Origin: Bacilli bacterium | GTDB taxonomy: Bacteria; Bacillota_I; Bacilli_A; RF39; UBA660 | Length of the DNA stretch: 64,000 bases | Reading direction: 5' to 3' | Assembly (NCBI GenBank): GCA_017435255.1 | Contig: JAFSFI010000010.1 | Span: 9,460-73,459, forward strand | Shown here: positions 1-10,839 of the stretch, piece after piece | Numbering within the stretch: position 1 is the stretch's first letter | Layout: the number at the start of each line of letters is the position of its first letter | Translations under genes and position numbers: made by a program | The notes under the pieces: model-generated | The model's database searches: none | What the model saw: the letters and a program-made list of their open reading frames with translations, nothing else | What the model was told of the DNA's origin: nothing

Positions 1-449
1 AAGCATTTATAGAATACCTGGAAAACAATATTGCTGAATTTGATAGTATTGAAGATGTAGTTATTGAAGAGGAAGATGCAGACTTAGAAGAAATAAACGA
101 TATTAAGAGGTTATTAACTATCAAAAGAGCAAAGCAAAAGGAAGTTATGAACTTGTTTATGGCAGAAAAGATAGATTATAACCAATTCAAATATATGAGT
201 GAAGAACTAGATAATATAATTCAAGCAAATGAAACTAGACTATCTCGTTTAGAGCAAGACTATACAAAGAAACCTGATATAAATAAAGCAGAGATTTCTA
301 GGTATATAGTTGACCATTGGAAACTTTTAACTGATAAGGAAAAACTAAACTTCTTAAATGAGTTCATAGAGAGTATAACAATAGTTAATCGTGATACTGA
401 TAGACAGAATGGCAAGGCGGAAATTTTGAGTGTAAAGTTCTACTGTTGA
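1..449 (+). CDS. large serine recombinase, C-terminal part (5' end lies upstream of the window)
   Basis: Frame 3 is open from base 3 to the TGA at 447-449; the ORF track starts it only at an internal Met (147). The acidic/coiled-coil tail ...HWKLLTDKEKLNFLNEFIESITIV... resembles C-terminal regions of phage/ICE large serine recombinases. Confidence 0.5.
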   Translation, partial: AFIEYLENNIAEFDSIEDVVIEEEDADLEEINDIKRLLTIKRAKQKEVMNLFMAEKIDYNQFKYMSEELDNIIQANETRLSRLEQDYTKKPDINKAEISRYIVDHWKLLTDKEKLNFLNEFIESITIVNRDTDRQNGKAEILSVKFYC

Positions 450-500
450 AGTGTTGTAAAACAGTGAAATTATGGTATAATTATATTAGGGAGTGATATA

Positions 501-992
501 ATGGATAGTCTAACAGAACAATGGAGATTGGAAAGTACTGAAATGGTAAGAAGAGCAGAAGAACAATTTGCTTCAACTTCTCCTAACAAGGTTTTTACAA
601 CAGTTGATAGTGTTGGTGCTATTAGCGCTTATGTTTTTGGAGAAGATGGTATTGTTAGTGTTGAACCATGTCATGATCATCAAACTGCGGGTAAGTTTGC
701 ATTAAGATTAATGTATCCAGAAGCGGATAAAATAAAAGCGGTATATGCACAAATGAATAATATTGATGTATCAGAAGTAAGAACAAATGATGAACATTTT
801 GTAGGGTTTGCTTTACATTTATTTGGTACAAAAGACAATGGTTGGGATGTAACACATGCTTCTTGGAATGGTACTTATAGTGGATACGAAGGAATTCTTT
901 ATGATAGCAAGCAAGAAGCAGTTAATGCATTATGGTCTGATGATGTGTTTGCCTGCAAACCAAATTATGGAAAAGATACTGCAAAGAAGTAA
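501..992 (+). CDS. hypothetical protein (probably cargo of the left-edge element)
   Basis: 163-aa ORF preceded by GGGAG about 7 nt upstream and followed directly by a terminator. Visibly less AT-rich than its surroundings. No recognisable motif. Confidence 0.5.
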   Translation: MDSLTEQWRLESTEMVRRAEEQFASTSPNKVFTTVDSVGAISAYVFGEDGIVSVEPCHDHQTAGKFALRLMYPEADKIKAVYAQMNNIDVSEVRTNDEHFVGFALHLFGTKDNGWDVTHASWNGTYSGYEGILYDSKQEAVNALWSDDVFACKPNYGKDTAKK

Positions 993-994
993 AA

Positions 995-1020
995 AAGATT
1001 GAAAAATCAATCTTTTTTTT
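995..1020. terminator. bidirectional rho-independent terminator
   Basis: Perfect 8-bp stem AAGATTGA/TCAATCTT with an AAAA loop, an A-run on the left and a T-run on the right. Confidence 0.6.
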
Positions 1021-1031
1021 GTTATGTTAAT

Positions 1032-1625
1032 TTAGTATATACTTTCTGCTAAATCATGAGTTACCATTATTACGGTTTTTCCCTCATTCCTAATTATCTT
1101 ATATACATCGTCTGATAGTGCTAATCTAGTTTGATAATCTAAAGCTGAGAAAGGTTCATCTAGTAGTAATATATCTGGATCTGTTGCTAACGTTCTAATC
1201 AGTGCCACTCTTTGCTTCATTCCACCAGATAATGAAGAAGGATATTTATCTATGAATTCTCCTAAACCGTACATATTCAACATCTCTATTACTCGGTTTC
1301 TTTTTTCTGGGGTTAGTTCTTTTGAAATTTCAAGGCCTATCAAACAGTTATCTAATATAGTTCTCCAAGGAAATAACGAATCACTTTGTAGCATATATCC
1401 AATTTTAACGTTATAGTTATCAAAAACTATTTTACCTGACGTAGATGTACTTAGGTTAGATAGAATAGATAGTAAGGAAGACTTCCCACAACCAGACGGC
1501 CCAACAATGGATAAAAATTCTTTGTCGTATATATCAAGATTAATATCCTTTATGGCTTCCATTTCTCCAGATAAGTCATGATATACTTTTTTAATGTGTT
1601 CTATTTTTAAAATGGTTTTGTTCAT
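1032..1625 (-). CDS. ABC transporter ATP-binding protein (NitT/TauT-type importer), C-terminally truncated
   Basis: Walker A GPSGCGKSS, Q-loop MLQ, signature LSGGMKQR, Walker B ILLLDEP and H-loop VTHD are present. The ORF stops at ...VTHDLAESIY*, just after the H-loop, where family members normally continue (..Y-L-S-D-R..) for roughly 50 more residues. Confidence 0.8.
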   Translation of the reverse strand: MNKTILKIEHIKKVYHDLSGEMEAIKDINLDIYDKEFLSIVGPSGCGKSSLLSILSNLSTSTSGKIVFDNYNVKIGYMLQSDSLFPWRTILDNCLIGLEISKELTPEKRNRVIEMLNMYGLGEFIDKYPSSLSGGMKQRVALIRTLATDPDILLLDEPFSALDYQTRLALSDDVYKIIRNEGKTVIMVTHDLAESIY

Positions 1626-1626
1626 T

Positions 1627-2400
1627 TTAATCCTTAATATATATTAATGAATTATAATCAACAGGTTCTTTAATAGCACCACTAGCTATCATAATTTTTT
1701 GTAAGTGATTAAATGATTCTTCAGTAAATGTAGTTGTCTTTGGCCAAGTATCTTGTTTTTTATAACGGTATACCGCATCAACTAAATCATTTAAAGCTGT
1801 ATCAGGGAAAAAGTCTAATATTGCTTCTGCTATTGCTTCACTATCATTGTTATGTACAAAATCTAGTCCTTTTTGTATTGCTTTAGTAAAGTTTTTTATT
1901 AATTCGGGGTTATTTTCTAAATAACTAATTCTTGCACTGTAAGATGTATATGGCACAATTCCTCCTAATTCTCCGATTGATGCCACCACATAACCATATC
2001 CCTGCTTTTCAATCTCCAAAGCTGTAGGTTCAAACAGTGTAACGAAATCCCCGACACCACCAATAAATGCTCCGCTCATAGCCGCAAATTCTATACTCGT
2101 ATCAATAGTTAAATCTTTTCTAGGATCAATTCCGGATTCTCTGAGAGCCCATTCAAAAGTCATTTCGGGCATCCCGGCTGCACGTCCGCCTACTACATAT
2201 TTACCTTTTAAATCTTCTAGAGTAAAGTCTTCTATTTTTTCTCTAGAGACTAAAAACGTTCCGTCTTTTTGAGTTAACTGAGCAAAAGTTTTGAGATAAT
2301 CTTTTTCGCCACCATTATAGACATAAATTGTAGCCTCACTTCCGCAAAAAGCAATATCCATATCACCTGAGAGAATTGCTGCTGTCACTTTGTCGGCACC
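1627..2400 (-). pseudogene. NitT/TauT-family ABC substrate-binding protein gene, 3' fragment of a split gene
   Basis: The reading frame extends upstream of the track's start to (TT)GADKVTAAILSGDMDIAFCGSEA... It is colinear and co-oriented with the N-terminal fragment at 5161-5383. The stop lies 1 nt from the ATPase start. Confidence 0.8.
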
Positions 2401-2402
2401 AG

Positions 2403-2421
2403 TGGTTAAAATTTAGTGATA
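2403..2421. repeat. left terminal inverted repeat of the mini-element (attP-arm-like)
   Basis: TGGTTAAAATTTAGTGATA matches the reverse complement of 5142-5160 (TGGTTCAAATTAAGTGATA) at 17 of 19 positions. Confidence 0.75.
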
Positions 2422-2426
2422 CCAAA

Positions 2427-2452
2427 ACAATTACATGATATAATGTAATTGT
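2427..2452. promoter_or_regulatory. perfect 10-bp inverted repeat overlapping a TATAAT box (candidate operator/promoter for the element cargo genes)
   Basis: ACAATTACAT-gatata-ATGTAATTGT, with TATAAT at 2439-2444, about 25 nt upstream of the acyltransferase start. Confidence 0.4.
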
Positions 2453-2468
2453 TGATTAGGAGGATATT

Positions 2469-3071
2469 ATGAAAATAGATGCAGTTTTATATAGAATTTT
2501 AAGACCAGTAATAAAAGGCTTGTTTATGTTTTTATATAGACCTAATATAATAGGAAAAGAAAATATACCTAAAAAAGGAGCTGTAGTTGTGTGCGGTAAT
2601 CATACGCACAATTGGGATTCTCCTTTATTGATGTGTAGTACAAAAAGAACAATTCACTTTTTAGCAAAGGATGAACTTTTTAAGGGAATAGGTAAATACT
2701 TCTTTAGTGGAATGGCCTGTATTCCGGTTAATCGAAGACAAAAAGATCGTAATGCGTTAGAGAGCGCAATTAAAGTATTAGAAGAAGATAAGTTGATAGG
2801 AATTTTTCCCGAAGGAACATTTAATAAAACAGATGATGTAATAATGCCCTTCAAATATGGAGCAGTTTCTATGGCGTATAAAACAAATAGTACAATAGTA
2901 CCTTTTTCAATCACAGGAAAGTACAAACTATTTAAAAAAAATAGCATTACAATTTGTTTTGGGAAACCATATAAAATAAAAACAGATGACTTAACTGATG
3001 CTAACAATGAATTAATGGAAAAAGTAAAAAAATTAATTATTAAAAATAGGAAAAGTGATAAACATGAATAA
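2469..3071 (+). CDS. 1-acyl-sn-glycerol-3-phosphate acyltransferase family protein (PlsC-like), element cargo
   Basis: HxxxxD acyltransferase motif (GNHTHNWDSP) and FPEGT motif. RBS AGGAGG upstream. Confidence 0.8.
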   Translation: MKIDAVLYRILRPVIKGLFMFLYRPNIIGKENIPKKGAVVVCGNHTHNWDSPLLMCSTKRTIHFLAKDELFKGIGKYFFSGMACIPVNRRQKDRNALESAIKVLEEDKLIGIFPEGTFNKTDDVIMPFKYGAVSMAYKTNSTIVPFSITGKYKLFKKNSITICFGKPYKIKTDDLTDANNELMEKVKKLIIKNRKSDKHE

Positions 3072-3933
3072 AATAATAGATGTTTTTAGAAAAATTGCGT
3101 GTTTATTTTTGTCAGTAATTTTGTTTTTTGTAATATGCTTTTATTTGATTTTGACCGCTGTTCCTAAAATAGTTGTCAAAGAGAATGTACAAATTTTATT
3201 AAAAGAAATTACTACAGAAACTTTAATTTACAATGGTCAAAACAGTTTTATTGAAGAACTAAATAGTGAAATAAAATATATCAATCCAGAAAAAGATTTG
3301 TTAAGTGGTATACTTAATAAAGACAATTTCAGAGAGATTATTTCTAACTATTATGCAGAAATGACAGAGGCTCTTCTTTATAATAAAAAGGAGCCAAAAC
3401 TTAATTCAAAAGAAATTATTAAAGTTATTAAAATAAATTTTGATGAGGTTGTATCTTCTTCTGGATTAGTTCTTTCCGTTGAGGAAAAAGAAAAAATAAT
3501 GGAATATATAAATGATAATGCAGATAGAATAATAGAAATGGTACCAACGGCTCCAGAATTGTTTGATAAAATTGGGCAAGATAATGTAGATGCATTAAGA
3601 AGTTTGGTTGGTCCTATGTTGAAGGTTGTTCTTATTATAATTATGTTAATAATAGTGGCGTTTATTGCATTAGTTAGTTGGTCTACTTATAAATTTGCAG
3701 CATGGAGTGGTGGAACCACAATAGTATCGGGGCTAACTATTATGGTCATGTCTTCGCTATTGTATGATATAGCAGTAAATTATACAAAGCTAATTATATC
3801 TTCATCGCTCAGAAATTTAATAGAAAATAATATTTTAAAAACTATAACAACAACAGGTACAATCGCAATTGTAATTGGTGCTATACAAATTTTGTATTAT
3901 TTTTTAATGAAAAAAAGAAATTTAAAGTATTAG
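3064..3933 (+). CDS. membrane protein, function unknown (element cargo)
   Basis: N-terminal TM helix and a C-terminal cluster of TM helices. The ATG at 3064 has better RBS spacing than the GTG at 3055. Confidence 0.55.
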   Translation: MNKIIDVFRKIACLFLSVILFFVICFYLILTAVPKIVVKENVQILLKEITTETLIYNGQNSFIEELNSEIKYINPEKDLLSGILNKDNFREIISNYYAEMTEALLYNKKEPKLNSKEIIKVIKINFDEVVSSSGLVLSVEEKEKIMEYINDNADRIIEMVPTAPELFDKIGQDNVDALRSLVGPMLKVVLIIIMLIIVAFIALVSWSTYKFAAWSGGTTIVSGLTIMVMSSLLYDIAVNYTKLIISSSLRNLIENNILKTITTTGTIAIVIGAIQILYYFLMKKRNLKY

Positions 3934-3952
3934 AATTCTAATACTTTTTTTT
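3925..3952 (+). terminator. rho-independent terminator
   Basis: Palindromic stem AAGTATTAGAA/TTCTAATACTT followed by a T-run. It overlaps the stop codon. Confidence 0.55.
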
Positions 3953-3980
3953 GCGCATATTTTTTATAGAGGTTGATAGC

Positions 3981-5141
3981 TTGAATAATGATTATAATGT
4001 TGGTGTCTATATTCGATTATCTAAAGAAGATTCAGATAAATCTTTAAATCGCGAAAGTGAAAGTATAAAAAACCAACGAAAATTGATTTATAATTACTTA
4101 AAAGAAAATAAATTAAATTTATATAAAGAATATGTTGATGATGGTTATACAGGAACCAATTTTGATAGGCCAGGATTTAATTCGTTGATAAAAGACATTC
4201 AAGATGGAAAAATTAATATGATAATTACAAAAGACTTATCAAGATTGGGTAGAGACTATATTAAAACAGGATATTATGTAGAGGAATATTTTCCGATGAA
4301 AAAAGTTCGATATGTCTCACTTTTAGACGGGGTTGATACATATAAAAATACCAATAATAATGATATAGCGCCTTTTAAAGCTTTATTTAATGATATGGTG
4401 TCCAAGGATACTTCAAAAAAAATCAAATCTATTTTGAAGACAAAAAAGGAACGCGGATTGTTTCTAGGAAGTAGAGCTCCTTATGGTTATAAAAAAGATC
4501 CATTAAACAAAAACAAATTAATAATAGATGAAAAGACATCTAAAATAGTTAAAAAAATATTTAAATTATCATTAGATGGTAAAAGTAATCAAGCTATAGC
4601 AGAACATTTAAATAAACAAGGAGTTTCTTCACCTAGTAATTCAGAATGGTCTTCCTCGAGTGTTTATAATATTCTAAATAATAAAGAATATACAGGATGT
4701 TTAGTAAGCAACGTATGGACCAGTATAAGTTATAAAAATAAAACTAGAATTAAAAGAAGTCAAAGCGAATGGATTATTATACATAATACACATGAAAAAA
4801 TTATAGATAAAAAAATATTTGATTTAATAAAAAAGAAGAAAAATCAAAAGAGAAAAAAGACCTTTAAAATGAAAGAAAATTTATTGTTAGACGGAAAAAT
4901 TTACTGTGAAGATTGTGGCAGTAAGATGGGGATTAGTTATTTAAAAAATAGAGGTTATTATGTATTAAATTGCAACAAATATAAGAAAAACGCTAAAAAA
5001 TGTTTTTCTCATTATATAAAATACAAAGATTTAGAAAATAGATTTTTAGAGTATATTGATACTAAAGAAAAATTGGAAGATTACAAAGTATACGTTAATT
5101 CAAACAGAAAATTAAGAATAGTACAAATAATTGACGAGTGA
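3981..5141 (+). CDS. serine recombinase (large-serine-recombinase type, short form)
   Basis: Resolvase catalytic domain (VGVYIRLSKED... with the catalytic Ser in RLS; ...ITKDLSRLGRD), a recombinase domain, and a Cys-rich zinc ribbon (CEDCGS...CNKYKKNAKKCFSH). The likely start is TTG at 3981, after an AGAGG RBS. Confidence 0.8.
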   Translation: MNNDYNVGVYIRLSKEDSDKSLNRESESIKNQRKLIYNYLKENKLNLYKEYVDDGYTGTNFDRPGFNSLIKDIQDGKINMIITKDLSRLGRDYIKTGYYVEEYFPMKKVRYVSLLDGVDTYKNTNNNDIAPFKALFNDMVSKDTSKKIKSILKTKKERGLFLGSRAPYGYKKDPLNKNKLIIDEKTSKIVKKIFKLSLDGKSNQAIAEHLNKQGVSSPSNSEWSSSSVYNILNNKEYTGCLVSNVWTSISYKNKTRIKRSQSEWIIIHNTHEKIIDKKIFDLIKKKKNQKRKKTFKMKENLLLDGKIYCEDCGSKMGISYLKNRGYYVLNCNKYKKNAKKCFSHYIKYKDLENRFLEYIDTKEKLEDYKVYVNSNRKLRIVQIIDE

Positions 5142-5160
5142 TATCACTTAATTTGAACCA
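5142..5160. repeat. right terminal inverted repeat of the mini-element
   Basis: TATCACTTAATTTGAACCA is the partner of 2403-2421. Confidence 0.75.
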
Positions 5161-5383
5161 CACCTGGTACTAAAGTGAGATCAATATCAATTCCATATTC
5201 TTCAAAATAACCATTTGCTATTGCAACATATTGTGGTGCATAAAAAATTGTATGTGCAACCTCCGCAACTTTGACTTTAGTAAGACCATTATCATCATCC
5301 TTTTTGAAAGAATTAAATAATATAGCTGATACACAAATAAAAATTATTATAATTGCTGCAATAGTAATTATTTTCTTTTTCAT
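5161..5383 (-). pseudogene. NitT/TauT-family ABC substrate-binding protein gene, 5' fragment of a split gene
   Basis: Signal/anchor peptide MKKKIITIAAIIIIFICVSA, then ...FYAPQYVAIANGYFEEYGIDIDLTLVPG. The frame then runs into element DNA (VVQIK*). RBS AGGAGG upstream. Confidence 0.8.
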
Positions 5384-5576
5384 AAAATCCTCCTTTTAAT
5401 AATTACACTTTATTATACGTATACTGTTAAAATTTGTTACGGAGAGAACCCATACAATATTATAGGTTATTGGTTTAATGGGAATAACTGTTTTTATAAA
5501 ATAGCCTCCCAATATTTAATAATTCTTTTTTTTGTTTTCAAAATAAGGTATAATTGATATAGAAAGTAGGTATAGA

Positions 5577-7670
5577 ATGAAAATAGACGATTTGAATAAA
5601 GAACAACAAAAGGCAGTATTAAAAACAGAGGGACCTACGCTTATTCTTGCAGGAGCAGGAAGTGGAAAAACCAGAGTTTTAACCACTAAAATAGCCTATT
5701 TGATAGAGGAAATAGGAATTAATCCGTATAATATTTTAGCTATAACTTTTACTAATAAAGCCGCGAAAGAAATGAATGATAGATTGTATCATATGATAGG
5801 TGATGTATCAAAAAAAATCCAGGTTTCTACATTTCATTCATTTGGTTTAAAGATACTAAGAGAAAATTGTAATGAATTAGGATATCAATCAAACTTTGTT
5901 ATCATGGATAGTGAAGACACTCTTAGCGTTATTAAAAAGATATTAAAAGGACTAAATTTAGATCCTAAACAATATAATCCTAGTGTTATAAGAAATAAGA
6001 TTAGTGGTTGTAAAAACGAACTTATGACACCTAATGATTATGAGAAATATGCAATAAGCGATTTTGAAGAGATAGTTTTAAAAGTATACAAAAAATACGA
6101 AGAAATGTTGTTTAAAAATAATGCTATAGATTTTGATGATTTATTAATTTTGCCGATTAAATTATTTAAAGAGAAACCAAGCATATTACAAAGATACCAG
6201 GAAAGATTTCAATACATACTAATAGATGAGTATCAAGATACAAACGAAGCTCAATATATTTTAACTAGAATGATTAGTTCTAAATATAAAAACATTTGCT
6301 GTGTAGGCGACAACGATCAATCAATATATAGTTTTAGAGGAGCTAATTATCGTAATATTTTAAATTTTGAAAAAGATTATAACGATGCAGAAGTTATAAT
6401 GTTAGAACAAAATTATAGGTCAACCTCTAATATTTTAGACGCTGCTAATAATGTAATAAAAAACAATAGAGAAAGAAAAGAGAAAAATCTTTGGTCTAAC
6501 AAAGGTGAAGGAGATAAAATATCTTACTTTAGAGCATTTAACGAAAGAGATGAAGCGTTGTATGTTGTTAGGGAAATAAAAAAACTTCTTAATAAAGGAA
6601 TCGAATATAAAGATGTGGCAGTATTATATAGAACTAATGCTCAGTCAAGAAATATGGAGGAAGAATTGTTAAAAGAAAATCTTCCATATCGTGTAGTAGG
6701 AAGTTTTTATTTCTATAGTAGAAAAGAGATTAAAGATTTAATCGCGTATTTACGATTAATTCATAATCAAAACGATAATGTGAGTTTACTAAGAGTTATT
6801 AATACTCCGAAACGAGGAATAGGATTAAAAACGATTGAAAACTTAACTAATAAAGCCGATATAAACGGAACAAGTATATTTGATTCAATAGAATCTGGTA
6901 AAGAGTTAGAATTTAAAAAATTAATTTTAGATTTGAAGAAGATTAGTGAAGAACTAACCTTAACTGAATTAGTAGATAAAATTCTAGATGTTACTGGTAT
7001 TAAAAAGGACTATGAAGACGAACATACTTTAGAAGCAGATGTTAGGATAGAAAACTTAGAGGAATTTAAAACTATTACTAAAACTTTTGAAGAAAGAGAA
7101 GGCGTGATTTCATTAGAGGATTTCTTGTTAGAAATTAGTTTAGTAAGTGATGTTAATGAATACAAAGATGACAAAAATCGTATTAGTTTAATGACAGTCC
7201 ATTCAGTAAAAGGATTAGAGTTCGATTATGTATTTGTAATTGGGTTAGAAGAAGGAATCTTCCCGCATATAAATTCGCTCATGGATAATGCTGAACTTGA
7301 AGAAGAAAGACGACTTTGTTATGTAGCTATTACTAGAGCTAAGGAAAAACTTCATATAGTAAATGCTAGAACCAGAACAATATATGGAAAAGAATCAAGT
7401 AACCCGCCAAGTAGATTTATTAAAGAAATAAATGATGATTTGTTGATTAAAGAATTTAAGGAGGATCCTGAAAACATACAAAAAATGGCAAAAGAGGAGT
7501 TTTTCTATAAAGAGGATATTGATTATAAAATAGGGGATTTTGTATATCATGAAGTATTTGGTCACGGAAAAATTGTAGAAGTGACAAACACACTTATTAG
7601 CATTGCATTTAAACATCCTCACGGAATAAAAAAATTAATGAAAAACCATAAAAGTATTAAAAAAATATAG
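5577..7670 (+). CDS. pcrA: ATP-dependent DNA helicase PcrA (UvrD family)
   Basis: LNKEQQKAV, Walker A AGAGSGKT, DEYQDTN and VHSVKGLEF motifs. Lies upstream of ligA, as in Bacilli. Confidence 0.92.
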   Translation: MKIDDLNKEQQKAVLKTEGPTLILAGAGSGKTRVLTTKIAYLIEEIGINPYNILAITFTNKAAKEMNDRLYHMIGDVSKKIQVSTFHSFGLKILRENCNELGYQSNFVIMDSEDTLSVIKKILKGLNLDPKQYNPSVIRNKISGCKNELMTPNDYEKYAISDFEEIVLKVYKKYEEMLFKNNAIDFDDLLILPIKLFKEKPSILQRYQERFQYILIDEYQDTNEAQYILTRMISSKYKNICCVGDNDQSIYSFRGANYRNILNFEKDYNDAEVIMLEQNYRSTSNILDAANNVIKNNRERKEKNLWSNKGEGDKISYFRAFNERDEALYVVREIKKLLNKGIEYKDVAVLYRTNAQSRNMEEELLKENLPYRVVGSFYFYSRKEIKDLIAYLRLIHNQNDNVSLLRVINTPKRGIGLKTIENLTNKADINGTSIFDSIESGKELEFKKLILDLKKISEELTLTELVDKILDVTGIKKDYEDEHTLEADVRIENLEEFKTITKTFEEREGVISLEDFLLEISLVSDVNEYKDDKNRISLMTVHSVKGLEFDYVFVIGLEEGIFPHINSLMDNAELEEERRLCYVAITRAKEKLHIVNARTRTIYGKESSNPPSRFIKEINDDLLIKEFKEDPENIQKMAKEEFFYKEDIDYKIGDFVYHEVFGHGKIVEVTNTLISIAFKHPHGIKKLMKNHKSIKKI

Positions 7671-7680
7671 GAGGGTATTT

Positions 7681-8592
7681 ATGGATAAAAATAAAACTTT
7701 AGTGATTATGGCTGCTGGAATGGGTAGCAGATTTGGGGGGTTAAAGCAAATTGAACCAATTGGACCAAATGGAGAATTTATTATTGACTATTCAATATAC
7801 GACGCTATTAAAGCTGGATTTAATCGCGTAGTATTCATCATTAAAGAAGAAAATTTTGATATATTTAAAGGAACTGTAGGAAATAGAGTTAGTGGCCACA
7901 TCAAAGTGGATTATGTTTTCCAAAAAATAGATAATATACCAGAAGGATTTACTGTTCCAGAAGGAAGGGTTAAACCGTGGGGAACATCACATGCAATAAT
8001 GAGTTGTTGTGGTATTGTTAATGAAGATTTCATAGTAATAAATTCAGATGATTTCTACGGAAGGGATGCTTTTGTTAAAGCAAGTAAGTTCTTAGAAGAT
8101 AGAGACAAAGAAAAATTAAATGAATATGCAATTATTGGTTATAATGTTGCGCATACTTTAACGGAAAACGGCTCAGTAAAAAGAGGTGTTTGTGAAGAAG
8201 AAAATGGTTATTTAACTTCTATTATTGAGAGTAGCATTGAAAAAGTAGATGGCAAAATTATAGCGTCTCCACTTGATGGAAGAGCACCTTTCGAAGTTGA
8301 AGCAGATTCACCTGTGTCTATGAACTGCTTTGCATTTACTAAAGATATACTAGACTATATGAAAGAAAATTTTGCCAAATTTTTAAATGATAATAAAGAT
8401 AATTTAGATAAATGTGAATATTTACTTCCAGATTCTGTATTTAGTAAGATGAAAGAAGGAACTAAAGTAAGAGTGGTTCCGACTACTGCCAAATGGTTTG
8501 GAGTAACTTACAAAGAAGATAAACCGACTGTAGTTAATGCAATTAGGAATATGATTGATAGTGGAGAATATCCAGAAAATTTATGGAAATAA
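7681..8592 (+). CDS. sugar-phosphate nucleotidyltransferase family protein
   Basis: N-terminal MAAGMGSRFGGLKQ nucleotide-binding loop typical of NTP-transferase folds. Substrate unknown. Confidence 0.6.
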   Translation: MDKNKTLVIMAAGMGSRFGGLKQIEPIGPNGEFIIDYSIYDAIKAGFNRVVFIIKEENFDIFKGTVGNRVSGHIKVDYVFQKIDNIPEGFTVPEGRVKPWGTSHAIMSCCGIVNEDFIVINSDDFYGRDAFVKASKFLEDRDKEKLNEYAIIGYNVAHTLTENGSVKRGVCEEENGYLTSIIESSIEKVDGKIIASPLDGRAPFEVEADSPVSMNCFAFTKDILDYMKENFAKFLNDNKDNLDKCEYLLPDSVFSKMKEGTKVRVVPTTAKWFGVTYKEDKPTVVNAIRNMIDSGEYPENLWK

Positions 8593-8617
8593 AGTACTAA
8601 ATTTTAGTACTTTTTTT
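8593..8617 (+). terminator. rho-independent terminator
   Basis: Stem AGTACTAA/TTAGTACT plus a T-run. Confidence 0.5.
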
Positions 8618-8635
8618 ATGTAAATGTATCTTTAA

Positions 8636-10648
<2,013 letters not shown>

Positions 10649-10839
10649 AAATTTGGATAAAATAATACTGGTGAAGATATGAGACATAGTAAAAATGTAT
10701 ATAGAAAAATATATAGTTTAGGAAAAAAGTATTATAAAAAAGCAAATGATTTTAATAACGAAAAAAACAAACATTAGGCAACTTCAATATACCTAATATC
10801 TAGATATGAATATCATAAGACTAGATAGGAGGAAAATAA

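Larger units (their letters stand above)
2399..5164 (+). mobile_element. 2.76-kb serine-recombinase insertion (mini integrative / intervening element)
   Basis: CACC is present at both junctions (2397-2400, 5161-5164). The termini are 19-nt imperfect inverted repeats. The recombinase gene ends 20 nt from the right junction. The insertion lies inside an otherwise continuous SBP reading frame. Confidence 0.75.

Noticed and set aside
5384-5576. Possible TPP or other riboswitch upstream of the NitT/TauT-type (ThiY-like?) binding-protein gene, on the minus strand.
   Set aside because: There is no CTGAGA / ACCTGATCTGGATAATGCCAGC-type elements or other riboswitch core. I see only a TATAAT box and a short GTTATT/AATAAC hairpin.
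10800-10839. CATAAGACTA upstream of the CotD-like gene as a sigma-K -10 box (CATA---TA).
   Set aside because: The spacing is off by one, no clear -35 AC element was found, and the match is too weak to call from sequence alone.
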